Shown: piece after piece, positions 25,935 to 36,920 of the stretch
Layout: each line of letters begins with the position of its first letter
Position numbering within the stretch: position 1 is the first letter of the stretch
DNA from: Cyanophora paradoxa CCMP329
Lineage: Eukaryota > Plantae > Glaucophyta
NCBI GenBank assembly: GCA_004431415.1
Contig: QPMI01000195.1
Coordinates: 62,001-126,000, forward strand
Direction of reading: 5' to 3'
Length of the DNA: 64,000 nt
The notes under the pieces: model-generated
What the model was told of the DNA's origin: nothing
The model's database searches: none
The model's input: only the letters and a program-made list of their open reading frames with translations
Program-made: the position numbers and the translations under genes

Positions 25935-26783
25935 TTAAGGTATAGGATTTTCCGGATTGCCTTCCTCATACATATTATTCAGTGCCGGATCAGGGTTTAA
26001 TCCTCTAGTGGCCACTGATGCAGCCACATCGGAGCGATAGCCAATGATAAGGATAGAGTATCTGCCTATAGCAGTAGCGTATAAATCGAAAAGATGCCTT
26101 GTATTGATATTACGAACTACGTATCCTCGTCCAGCATGCCCAAGACCTTGCACAAAGAACGTGTAAACATGGCCTATTTGATCATTTTGATCCTGACAGA
26201 GCGATTGAAGTGCCTTGGGGATTTCTCTGTTTGAAAGCAACCTCTCACCATCCAGACCATTTGGTGTACTTGAATTAGCTATTGTTATCTCAACTTCTAC
26301 TAAAGCCTGTGCATAGGGAAGGTCACAGCAAGGTACATACATGCGAACTCGTTTACGATTTTCAGCATTCTCTAATGAAAAGTCTGGGACATCATTGATG
26401 GCAATCGATGATGATAGGCCCCCACTAACTCGGCAGCCTCCTAAAATAGCTGCTCCCCCAGAGCGCACAGTGAGGGCAGCAGTGTTTTGATCATAGTTTA
26501 TGCTTCGGAGGTCAACACTGTACGAATCAACTCCCCCTGTTATGGGCTGGGAGAAATTCGCATTAGTAACTAATAATCGTGTTGTTTTTACAACCCCAGA
26601 GTTTTTATCTGCGCGCAATTCTTTACACCGAATCACAGATCGCTGATCAAATGCATTAGTTGAATTTGGACGCTCAGTGGACTCCAATCCAGCGATGGCA
26701 TCGCTAACTTCGTGCTGCCTCATATGGATGGCTGGGGAGCCCAGCGAGTAGATAGGGAGCTGGACCCGATTGTACTCAGTCAT
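25935..26783 (-). CDS. Fibre-family paralogue 2
   Basis: Same anchor (QHEVSDAIAGLESTE...IRCKELRADKNSGVVKTTRLLVTNAN; LTVRSGGA) and the same C-terminal type as paralogue 1 (GRYSILIIGYRSD). Confidence 0.65.
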   Translation of the reverse strand: MTEYNRVQLPIYSLGSPAIHMRQHEVSDAIAGLESTERPNSTNAFDQRSVIRCKELRADKNSGVVKTTRLLVTNANFSQPITGGVDSYSVDLRSINYDQNTAALTVRSGGAAILGGCRVSGGLSSSIAINDVPDFSLENAENRKRVRMYVPCCDLPYAQALVEVEITIANSSTPNGLDGERLLSNREIPKALQSLCQDQNDQIGHVYTFFVQGLGHAGRGYVVRNINTRHLFDLYATAIGRYSILIIGYRSDVAASVATRGLNPDPALNNMYEEGNPENPIP

Positions 26784-26837
26784 TTAATAGAAACGCGAGA
26801 GAAAAATAAATGAGGTTGCAGACAAGAGATAGCTTCA

Positions 26838-27101
26838 CTACTCTTCTGTGACATTGTTATATTCAATCGCCTTTTTAACAGTTCCCCTTTGGAATGCCTG
26901 TAACACAATTGCTTCCTTTGAGGTTGGTATTTGAACTCCACCTGAGATGCAAGAGTGGATCTCTTTCTGAACAATCTCATCAATTGCGATTCTTGCCCTG
27001 TTGTGGGCAGCATTATCAATCCAATCCTGAACAGATGCAGCGCAATATTCCATTCCCAACTTTTCGGTATCAGTTAGAACTACTTGATAAATATTTGACA
27101 T
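26838..27101 (-). CDS. Small protein resembling the ~85-aa partners that follow C1q tail-fibre genes in aquatic tailed phages
   Basis: YQVVLTDTEKLGMEYCAASVQDWIDNAAHNRARIAIDEIV..IPTSKEAIVLQAF; lies directly downstream of the C1q fibre. Family recalled, not searched. Confidence 0.55.
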   Translation of the reverse strand: MSNIYQVVLTDTEKLGMEYCAASVQDWIDNAAHNRARIAIDEIVQKEIHSCISGGVQIPTSKEAIVLQAFQRGTVKKAIEYNNVTEE

Positions 27102-27122
27102 TCTTACTCTATCAAAAGAAAA

Positions 27123-28145
27123 TTATGTAATACTTATCAACTCTCCACAAAAGGTAGTTCCAGAGGAATATGTCCCCTGGTTTGTTGTCCAAATAGTTAC
27201 ATATTCGTTGGCTGCAAGATTGAGAATGCAGGACATTTGAAGAGGTCTGACTATTAATGTGCCTGTGCTGGAAGCAGAAAGAGAAATGCCCCCAGGATCG
27301 GCATCATTCAATTTGAAGAAAAGCTGAATTGGGTTTTGTGTTGTTGAGTTGGTAAAAACTGAGAATCGATAATGTCCAGCAACAGGAGCTGTAAATCTTC
27401 CTGAGGATCCAGTGAAGGATCCTGTTACATTAACAAGATTGGTTGCCCAATTAATGAGAGCGGTCGAAGAAGTTGCAGTGTGATTATATCCCAATCGGAA
27501 GCAGAACCTTGGTTGGGAGCTGTTTTTTAAATAACACCCTGTATTAATTGTTAATGAATTGGCTTCAAGTGTTGCGATGGTATTGCTATTTCGCTTCAAC
27601 ACAAGATTAACATTTGCCCCTGTATCAATTTCAGGAGTAACTAATCTTGTTGTTGCAGTAATGGTGGGTTGAGAGTTGGTTGCTACTGAGACTCCACCAT
27701 TTGCTGTAACCATTCCTGTAAAAGTGGTTGTCCCACTCACAGCAAGTTGAGTTGCTGTAAGAGTTCCATCAACACTTGCCCCATCTCCAATGTAGGCTCC
27801 TCCACTTCTTACTACAAGAGCAGAGTTATTAATGGTGTTGTCAAAAGTAATAAGTTTGGGTGTGGTGAACCCTCCCACATCATCATAAATTGCTGAATCT
27901 GATACAATCGATCCCGATTGGACTTGGTTCTTATTTGACACAATTAAACCAGTGGTTCTCACCTTTCCATTATTGCGATCACATCGTACCTCTTTGCATC
28001 TGATCACAGAATTTTGAGAAAATGAATCAGCTCCTGTGGATTCTGTGCAAATAAACCCAGGGGTTGCATCTGTTACTGTGTGGTTGAGTTGATGCAACTT
28101 TGGCGCGGCATAACAGAAAACAGGAACAGCAATCTGTGTAGACAT
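27123..28145 (-). CDS. Fibre-family paralogue 3 with C-terminal C1q/TNF-like domain (intact)
   Basis: Shared anchor, beta-rich shaft, C1q signature QPRFCF...SGRFTAPVAGHYRFS...ILNLAANEYV...TFCGELI. Confidence 0.8.
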   Translation of the reverse strand: MSTQIAVPVFCYAAPKLHQLNHTVTDATPGFICTESTGADSFSQNSVIRCKEVRCDRNNGKVRTTGLIVSNKNQVQSGSIVSDSAIYDDVGGFTTPKLITFDNTINNSALVVRSGGAYIGDGASVDGTLTATQLAVSGTTTFTGMVTANGGVSVATNSQPTITATTRLVTPEIDTGANVNLVLKRNSNTIATLEANSLTINTGCYLKNSSQPRFCFRLGYNHTATSSTALINWATNLVNVTGSFTGSSGRFTAPVAGHYRFSVFTNSTTQNPIQLFFKLNDADPGGISLSASSTGTLIVRPLQMSCILNLAANEYVTIWTTNQGTYSSGTTFCGELISIT

Positions 28146-29315
28146 TCTTTACTTTAAAGTAACAATATTATGTGGCGCTTATCAGCATTCCTCCAAAGTG
28201 CGATCGATTGGTGTATTCTATTGCAGCAGTGGAATTATTGTAAATTCGTATCCAATCATTTGCAGCGAGGTTGATGATGCATTCATATGATATAGGTAAT
28301 CGTGACATTGAGGAAGCAAAAGTTGCTCTTGCCTCATATTCTGATGTTGTTCCATTTTTTCGAAGATTCAGAACAATCTCAGATGCAGTACTGTTTGAGA
28401 TAATCACTTGGAAACAGAAGTAATAATTTCCTGCAACAGGGGCGGTAAAATTCCCTAATGTTGAACCATTGAAGTTGTTTCCATAGTTGATAGAACTATG
28501 GATTGAGAGTTGGTTGCTACTGAGACTCCACCATTTGCTGTAACCATTCCTGTAAAAGTGGTTGTCCCACTCACAGCAAGTTGAGTTGCTGTAAGAGTTC
28601 CATCAACACTTGCCCCATCTCCAATGTAGGCTCCTCCACTTCTTACTACAAGAGCAGAGTTATTAATGGTGTTGTCAAAAGTAATAAGTTTGGGTGTGGT
28701 GAACCCTCCCACATCATCATAAATTGCTGAATCTGATACAATCGATCCCGATTGGACTTGGTTCTTATTTGACACAATTAAACCAGTGGTTCTCACCTTT
28801 CCATTATTGCGATCACATCGTACCTCTTTGCATCTGATCACAGAATTTTGAGAAAATGAATCAGCTCCTGTGGATTCTGTGCAAATAAACCCAGGGGTTG
28901 CATCTGTTACTGTGTGGTTGAGTTGATGCAACTTTGGCGCGGCATAACAGAAAACAGGAACAGCAATCTGTGTAGACATTCTTTACTTTAAAGTAACAAT
29001 ATTATGTGGCGCTTATCAGCATTCCTCCAAAGTGCGATCGATTGGTGTATTCTATTGCAGCAGTGGAATTATTGTAAATTCGTATCCAATCATTTGCAGC
29101 GAGGTTGATGATGCATTCATATGATATAGGTAATCGTGACATTGAGGAAGCAAAAGTTGCTCTTGCCTCATATTCTGATGTTGTTCCATTTTTTCGAAGA
29201 TTCAGAACAATCTCAGATGCAGTACTGTTTGAGATAATCACTTGGAAACAGAAGTAATAATTTCCTGCAACAGGGGCGGTAAAATTCCCTAATGTTGAAC
29301 CATTGAAGTTGTTTC
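27669..29315. repeat. 813-bp direct duplication (27669-28481 and 28503-29315) with a 21-bp spacer
   Basis: Constant 834-bp offset; identical 79-aa ORFs at 28168 and 29002. Confidence 0.9.
28168..28979 (-). pseudogene. Chimeric duplicate: anchor of paralogue 3 joined out of frame to the C1q tail of paralogue 4
   Basis: 28503-28979 identical to 27669-28145; C1q tail NFTAPVAGNYYFCF...HFGGMLISAT lies in another frame. Confidence 0.75.
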
Positions 29316-29952
29316 ATTGAACCACTGATGAAAATACGATTGCTTCTCTATTTGATGGTGTTGTTTGAATATTTTGTAATGTCACAATTGCGCTTCCATT
29401 TCGTTTGTAAATAAAGTTGGTGTCTGCAATTGTGTTACTCTCAGGAGTTGTTAATCTTGTTGACAGTGTGAGAGTTCCATACTGAATACTTCCTGATAGA
29501 CCACCATTTAAGTTCATCAACCCTGAAAATGAACTTGTCCCACTCACATTCAACTGATTTGCTGTGACAGTCCCTGCAACATTTGCCCCATCTCCAATGT
29601 AGGCTCCTCCACTTTTCACCACAAGAGCAGAATTATTACTTGTGTTCCCAAAAGTCACTATCTGTGCAGTGGTGAATCCACCCACATTATCATACACTGC
29701 TGAATCTGGGACTACTTGACCTGCTTGAACTTGATTTTTATTCGAGATAATTATTCCTGTTGTTCTAATCTTGCCTCCATTTCGATCACATCGAATTTCT
29801 TTAACTCTGAGTATATTATTCTCTGTGAAAGAGGTATTACTTGATGTTTCAGTGCAAATATTCCCAGGTGAAGAGTCGACTACTTCATGAGAGGTGCTAT
29901 GGAGTGATTTAGCTGCAAGTTCATAGTTTGGGATTTCTAATAGAGAGGTCAT
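29002..29952 (-). pseudogene. Fibre-family paralogue 4 (C1q tip), internally deleted with an in-frame TGA at the junction
   Basis: Anchor and shaft in 29314-29952 read ..FSSVVQ*NNFNGSTLGNFTAPVAG in a single frame; the first C1q strand (QPxF) is missing. Confidence 0.7.
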
Positions 29953-29977
29953 CTTTGTAATAGTGTGAGAATCTTAA

Positions 29978-31579
29978 TTAAGCTGTTGCTATCCAATGTA
30001 TATACACTGTGAAGCTTGTAGGGTAAAGTGTATTCCAACCCACAACCCAGACTTGTACATTGACTGTTGTTGATGTTGTTGAGTTGTTGGTAATTGCAAT
30101 TTTATATCCGAGATCAGTGCAATCCGCAAGCAATCCTTGCATATTTGTAACAACAGAGGGTGTAGTTGAAAATGCTGGACTCCAATTGAGAGTGAAAGTA
30201 AAATTTGGTCTTGCAGTTGCTGAATTGTTCATCTGTTGAGGATTAGTTATGGCTAATGCTGTGATACCTTTTCTCAATCTATTCGTGGTGTAATCATCAA
30301 AAACATATTGAGGCATTAATTTTGTCACCTTCGAGTTGTCCCGAGGATCCCTAACCCACATTTCCCTTGCATATGCATTTCCCCGAACAAGTAGTGTTTT
30401 ATCCTGATAGTATGATATATGATTAGTAGAAAGTGTTGAATTGTGAAAATTCCAAATCACAGGAGGATCAGGCATTATATTTGGGTCATAATCGAGAAAG
30501 TAACCTGATCCGATTAGAAGGTTTGCATTTGCTGTAATGTTATTTGCTGTGAATGGATCAAGAGTTGGTCTATTGGTCAGATCATTGTAGTTGCCTGAGA
30601 AAATTGCTGGTTTGTTATAGATATCTGTATTCCAATCATGAGTGTGTGCAAAATCTGTAATCTCTGCCTTTGTGTGATTGTGAGCGAAATCTGTAATCTC
30701 TACCTTGGTATGGGTGTGACCAACATATGCAACATTTCCGAGATCTAATATCTCTGATTTAACATGAGTGTGAGCGAAATTCGTGATATCTGCTCGGGTG
30801 TGATAGTGTGCAAAATCTGTTATCTGGGATTTGGTGTGAGTGTGTGCAAAATCTATGATTTCTGCCTTTGTGTGAGTGTGTGATCTATTATTCAGATCGA
30901 GGAAACTACCCGAAAATGCAACAGGATGTAGATTTGCAGCTGTTGGTTTGTTCAAAAGATCATTATAGTCTCCTGTGAAAGAAATGGTTTTAAGTTCACC
31001 CCTTCCTACATAATCAGAAGGGAGATCGATTTTAATGGACATTATAGCTGGATCATTAGGTATCTCATACTCACTTCCTGGGTGAACCACAGGAAAGACT
31101 TGATCACTTTCAGTGTGAACAAAAAAGTTGTCAGCAGTCACTGTTCCATCGATAGTTCCACCTGTCAGGGGAAGATAATTGCCTGTCACAGCGAGACCAG
31201 CAATAACTAAGGCGAGTTCTGTTTCATCTACATAGTTTTGGGCTTGAAGGTAATCCTCTGTAACCACTCTGGATATAGTCTCGTTGTGAATGTTTTTTGC
31301 TGCTGCCCTCTGATTAATTTCTAAAATGCCCTCCCCAACTCCACCGTTATAGTTCGTTTTTATCCATGCTATTTCACACTTTTTATAATCGTCTCGGTTT
31401 CCAATTAAAGCTTCGGGTAAAAGGCGTTCACGGCTAAAAACTAATTTCGGTCTCGATGAATCTAAATCGCTAACATCTGTTACGTTAATCTGGATTGCAG
31501 AATGAAAATCAGCATGAGCGAGAGGATCTAACGGCAGTGAAGGCAAAGGGGGTAAAACAGTTGTCATTTCGATGTCAGA
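29978..31579 (-). pseudogene. 3' half of long tail-fibre-like gene (His repeats, H-type-lectin-like tip)
   Basis: HTHTKAEITDFA repeats, FTGDYNDLLNKP / FSGNYNDLTNRP motifs, C-terminal FSTTPSVV...YIHWIATA; in frame with 36921-38540 once the LTR element is removed. Confidence 0.8.
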
Positions 31580-31584
31580 GGCGT

Positions 31585-31867
31585 TGTCGCGTGCGAGATT
31601 AGTGTGTCTAATCGTGCGCGCGAGAAGCCCGTGCGGAGTGCAAGCTCGGCAGGGCGGGGTTTGGCGAGTGCTGCTGCTGTTAGCCACCGTGATGGTAGAC
31701 TGAGGGTGTACCCGTCCAACTACGGCGTACCCCGACACATGCATACAAATGACCGCGGCGCTCTAACTAGCCTAGGCGCCGTCGGCCTAGCAGCACGAAG
31801 GCTGCATACATCATCTAGAGCCCTAGCGGCTCACAATCGAGCATCCACTGTAAAGTCGGATGCGACA
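31585..31867 (-). repeat. 3' LTR
   Basis: Direct repeat of 36638-36920 with TG...CA ends. Confidence 0.95.
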
Positions 31868-31882
31868 ACTCCTCCTCTCGGA
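31868..31882 (-). other. Polypurine tract
   Basis: Minus strand reads CCGAGAGGAGGAGT immediately before the 3' LTR. Confidence 0.8.
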
Positions 31883-34619
31883 TCCCGCGTCCGCGCGGGT
31901 CTACGCCCGAAGGCGAACAGAGAGAGGGCCGGGGAAGCCAGGAATTTGATCGAGCCTGAGCTCTCTATACAACGCGACCCCGGCCGCTATACACAAACGC
32001 TCGGAGCTACCGGCTACTGCCGGGAATCGAAAAAGGCTCCGAGCCACTCACGGTCGGCGTCACCGGCTACTGCCGGGAATCGAAAAGACGCCGAGCCCGT
32101 CTACGTCCGGCGACTGCCGGGAATCGAAAAAGGCTGTCGCCCGGCGGGTGCCGGTACGACTCCAGCGTATAGTGCCCAGGGGGCAAGGTCCAACTTCGGG
32201 CCGGCGGCCCAGGCAAACCCGCACGAGGCGAGCGGTACGGAGACAGAAGCCGAGGGGGGCCCTGCCCTCATCGCGCAGCATGTTAGCCGCAAAGGCGCAC
32301 GCTGCAGCAGCAACGCGGGGCGTAGCGTCGCGACAGCGCTCGATAGCCCACAGCGAAATGCCCGTCCCAATGTTTAGGGCTAAGCAGCACGTCTAGCGCC
32401 GCTGCTCAGGCACACGCCGCGCCTTCACTGCATTTATCACGGCGTCGGATCGGGTTCCCCCGACGGCGGTGGAGCTAGGAATCTCCAGGGCGAGGCTAGG
32501 CGCCGCCCACAAGGCTCAAACCACCGTCACGCGTGACGGCAGGTGCCCTGCCCGACCCGTGCATGCACGTCCATCACGAGGGGGACGTGACCCTCCCAGG
32601 CGAACTGCCACCGAGCGTCCCCGGTGCAGAGCCCTGAATGGGGGAATTTTTGCGTCCCCAGTCGTCGTACCCGGAGTGGGATCCGGCGTAACGACCGCCT
32701 GCGTGTACCCCCACCGGCGCAAGGCGCGCCCTGGTACACCGCCAGGTCTTACACGGAGGGGGAATGGACATCCCCTGTCGCTGTACCCGAGGCAGAACTC
32801 GGCGTCACAGCCGCCTACCGACCCTTCTGCAGACGCGAGGCGCGTCCTAGGGCTCGGCTAGGTCTTCGGAGGGCCCCAGCCCTGTCACCGTGCCGAGCTG
32901 TGCTCAAGGCCACCGGCCGCCCGCGGCTCATCCAATTTGCCCGGGTCTTTACAAGGGACTCGCACCCTGTCACCGCGCCGAGCTGTGCTCAAGGCTCCCG
33001 GCCGCCCGTGGCTCACCCTTTCCGCCCGGGACTTTCGCGATGTTTCGCGGGGCTCTGGGGCCCGTCTCAGCCCAACCCTTCACGGGCGGCTCTTCACAAA
33101 GCGCTGCTCAAGGGCTAGCGCAGCCGCTCTCCTGTCCTCGCCCTCTCGCGGGGTCGGGACGCAGCTCAGAGCCGGCTTTCTAGATCTCATGATCAAGCCG
33201 CTCCCGCCGGAGCCGTTGGCACTGTGGCCGTGGCTTCCGGCCTGGACCACCCGCCGCCTTGACCGCCTTGGGGCCAGGCCGGCCGCATGCGAGACGGGAC
33301 TCATGGGTGTCCTTCTGGCGCCGCCTCAACAGGCCGGCCGCCGGGTCTCCAAGCTCCTAGCTTGTGAGCAGGGCTCGCGGCCCGTCGCACCGCTCGGCCT
33401 GCAGCCGCAGCGTGCCGCCTGGGTGCCAACTTGTCGGGCAGTTCACCAGGTCTTTGGGCTGGGCACCAGGCCCTTGCCCCGCTAACGTTCGGTCCGGGCC
33501 CCGGAACCAACACGTGCGGCCTGGGCGCTAACTTGGCGGGCATCACCAGGACTTTAAGTTCACGATAGTGCAAAGCTCTCGATGGAGCTGCTGGTGCCTG
33601 AACGCCTAGGGGCGAGCCAGGACTTTATTTCAGGGCTCGAGCTCTCGAGGGCACTGTGTGCTCATGATCAAGCTCGCCCTTCATTGGAGCTTGGAAGCTC
33701 ACGATTTTCGCAGGGGCTCACGGGCCGCCTGTCAAGCTCACGGCATGCCGTCAGGCGCTCGCCGGCCGCGGGCCGGGCATCGTGCCTCTGGCATCGAGCT
33801 TCTCTTGAGAGTGCATCCCGAGCTCAAGGCTCCGCGGATTACATCTCATTTTGCAACGGCAGCTAGGCCGCTCTCAGGCCGAGGAGCTCACGATCGGAGC
33901 ATTAGCTGCCGCAAGGGCCAGCTACAGCAAGGGCCAGCTCTGGCCGCAAGGCCTGAGGCCACTTTCCTGGACTTCGCCAGGCCCGTGGACGCACTCATGA
34001 TCAGCGACTGCATGCGCAGTGCGCCGCGCGAAATCGCAGGCTTTCGACGAGAGAGTCTTGGAGGGACTCCTCCTCTCGGAAAGACTGGTACCCGCTTGGG
34101 GTTTGCGATCTGATCTCGGCCACTGGCCACAGATCTAGATTGAGGCAAGCAGGAGGGCTCGCAATTGCGGCACCGGCCGTGGGCCTCTTTGCAGGCTTCA
34201 GCGAAAGAGGTACTCCTCCTCTCGGAAAGAGGGGCACCCGTGGCCGCTCGGGCTGCTCGACAGCACTCGATTGGGGCTCTAGATCTCTTTCGCGAGTGCT
34301 ATTTGATCTTGGCCGGCGGCCACAGATCCAAGCAAGCCTCGGGGCAGGAGGGCTAGCGGCAGCGCTTGCACTGCTCGTGCAGCATGCCCATGCTCACTCC
34401 TCCTCTCGGAAGACGTCGTCCCCGACGTCTGAAATTATGTACAAGTGTACAAATATACAGCCTGCTCAGAGGCAGGTATATTGGCCGCTTATTACAGCGA
34501 CACATGGGGCTCTCGCAGGGGAGGCCCAGGCTCCGCGAAAAATTGAATCGCGGTTACGAGCAGGGCTGTTCTGGCGGCTGCCCAAGCCGGCCAGACCCTA
34601 GTGCAGCTAGTGCACGTGC

Positions 34620-36147
34620 TCACTCACGCTCCGCCGCAGGGCGTGCGGTTGGAGCCGCCGAGCTTGAGGGCGCAGGAAGCGCGGGGCGAGCAGCCCGTGT
34701 GGGGGGGTCGGAGCAGGCACTGTGGTGGTGCCCTGCCTCGCCACAGCGACCGCAGACTTCGTCTGGGTCCTGTTTTCCCTCGTCGGACCAGTACTCTTGC
34801 TCGTCGGCAGCATCCTCTTGGGATTGCTTTGGCCGATAGTACTGGCCGCGGTGCACCCAGGGGCGTACTGGGGCGAATGGGGTGCGCTTGGGGCACACAT
34901 TTGCCCAATGACGCCGCGCCGCAACGGGGACGCTAGGGTCATCTGAGCACCCATAGCAGTCTGAGGGGGGGTACTCGGGGTACCCGAGCTCAGACATGCG
35001 CCGCAGCACCTCCGCGACGGCGGCAGGCGAGCGGGACTGCACAGCCCAAGAGGACCCACGTGCAGAGATCGAGGGCTGGGCCCTGGGGTCAGCGTCCCGA
35101 GGCGCAGCAGGGCCAGGGGAGCTCGAGGACTCATCCTTGGCAAACTTTGCCTGCAGGATACGGGTCCGTTTTGCCTCTGGCGGCTCAGCAGCTGCCGGTG
35201 CAGGCGGGAACACGGCGCGGCAGCCGTGGCGCGTGCACTGCTCGATGAAAATATCATCAAGCTCGAGCGGCGAGACAGCGCCGTCACGGGCAAGGAGGCG
35301 CTGCTGCAGCGCAGCGAGGAACTCGCGCATGGTGCGCTCGTTCTCTTTGGCGAAGCCGGCCATCCGAACCTCAAGGTTCTGATATTCCGGGTCCTCGCTC
35401 GTCGAGCGGGCCTCGAGCGCGATGCGCAGGCAATCCGCATAGTACGCAGCGAGCCGCTGGCCCGGCGGCAGTGTGTGCCGCACAAGGGCATGACCCAGTC
35501 ATGCCACGAGCGGGGGTCCTCGCCCGTGTAGGGCTCAGTGAGGGCCCGGCGGGCCGCATGTGGGCGCAGCTTGTGAATCCACGCCGTGATCGTATCGAGC
35601 AGCCCGGGGCACGCAAGTACGAGTCACGCACGGCCACGATCGTGGCCTCATCACGCACGCAGCTCTGCTGCAGAGCGAGAATATTGGCATCATCCTCGGC
35701 AGACCGCAGGTTTGCCGGGACAAGCTCGAGACGAGCGAGCGTGGCGCGGTCACGCTCTAGGAGAGCAACCGAGGCCTCATAGAGGTCACGCTTGCGCTCG
35801 ATCTCAGCGCGGAGAGCGCCGGGGCGGATTCGCCCAACGATCACTCCGGCTAGTGCCTCCGACTTTGAGTACTCCTGGCCACCGGCAGAATCCGGGCCAA
35901 ACAAGTACTTCGTCGGCAGGGCCGACTGGAAGTTCCGCACATCCTTCCGGAACCGGTCGCCATCGGCGAGGCGCGGATTCGCAGGCAGGAACGCGATCCG
36001 CACGGGATCATCGTCCGCCGCAGCGGAGGCAGCAAGTTGCTGCACATGCAAAGCAGCACCAGCCTGGGCATGCACAGGCGCGATGTGCGCGAGGGCAGAC
36101 AGCCGGCTACGGACTTCAGAACTGATCAGTTCAGAAGAGTTTGACAT
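34620..36147 (-). CDS. gag: Gag-like protein (~509 aa if two 1-nt deletions are corrected)
   Basis: Zinc knuckle CGRCGEAGHHHSAC; bridging frame reads LLDTITAWIHKL..PYTGEDPRSWHDWV; frameshifts near 35605 and 35488. Confidence 0.7.
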
Positions 36148-36612
36148 GGTGTTCTCTTTGCAACGTAAAGCCGCAAGAACAAGATGCCAGGGAGAGCACT
36201 AGGCGCGGGATTTGATCTGCAGCTCGCTGCAGAATCCGGCGCGGAGATCTCGCGGTCACGCAAGAGCGCGACTCAGGGACACTTAGAGAGCTGCTCGCAG
36301 CAGTCTCCGTGGCACGGTTGCTCGCAACCGGCGATGGGACAGGCAATGATGAGACTCTCGAGAGAGAGCTCGGCGCGTGCGCTTCGGTCTGGGGATGACC
36401 CGAAGCCCGCGATAGGCACTAGAGACGTTTCCGGTGCACTACCGTCCAACCGCAAGCGGTACAGGGCGGCGCACTCAAACGCAAAGCAACCGTGGGGACG
36501 GCGCTCGCGCGGAAAGCAGGTCTCTGGCTCCAATAGACACTGGGCAAGGCGGCGCAGCGATGCGCGCTGCGCGGCGGGGCTGGGGAGAGCGATACGGACT
36601 CAGACCCTTGAA

Positions 36613-36637
36613 GGTTCGATTCCGGCAGAATGGCGCC
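36613..36637 (-). other. Primer-binding site complementary to a tRNA 3' end
   Basis: Plus strand GGTTCGATTCCGGCAGAATGGCGCC abuts the 5' LTR and reads as T-loop, T-stem, acceptor strand, discriminator and CC. Confidence 0.75.
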
Positions 36638-36920
36638 TGTCGCGTGCGAGATTAGTGTGTCTAATCGTGCGCGCGAGAAGCCCGTGCGGAGTGCAAGCTC
36701 GGCAGGGCGGGGTTTGGCGAGTGCTGCTGCTGTTAGCCACCGTGATGGTAGACTGAGGGTGTACCCGTCCAACTACGGCGTACCCCGACACATGCATACA
36801 AATGACCGCGGCGCTCTAACTAGCCTAGGCGCCGTCGGCCTAGCAGCACGAAGGCTGCATACATCATCTAGAGCCCTAGCGGCTCACAATCGAGCATCCA
36901 CTGTAAAGTCGGATGCGACA
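36638..36920 (-). repeat. 5' LTR
   Basis: Direct repeat of 31585-31867. Confidence 0.95.

Larger units (their letters stand above)
31585..36920 (-). mobile_element. Gag-only (non-autonomous) LTR retroelement, 5,336 bp
   Basis: Identical 283-bp LTRs with TGTCGC...GCGACA termini; 5-bp TSD GGCGT (31580-31584, 36921-36925); PBS, PPT and CCHC Gag; no RT, RNase H or integrase motifs seen. Confidence 0.92.

Noticed and set aside
25072-29952. DGR or shufflon driving fibre variation
   Set aside because: No reverse transcriptase, no A-specific mismatches between the duplicated C1q tails (identical), no tyrosine or serine recombinase and no inverted cassettes.
31580-32377. N-terminus of the 588-aa ORF and the 257-aa plus-strand ORF
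   Set aside because: Both are read-through of LTR sequence, not genes.
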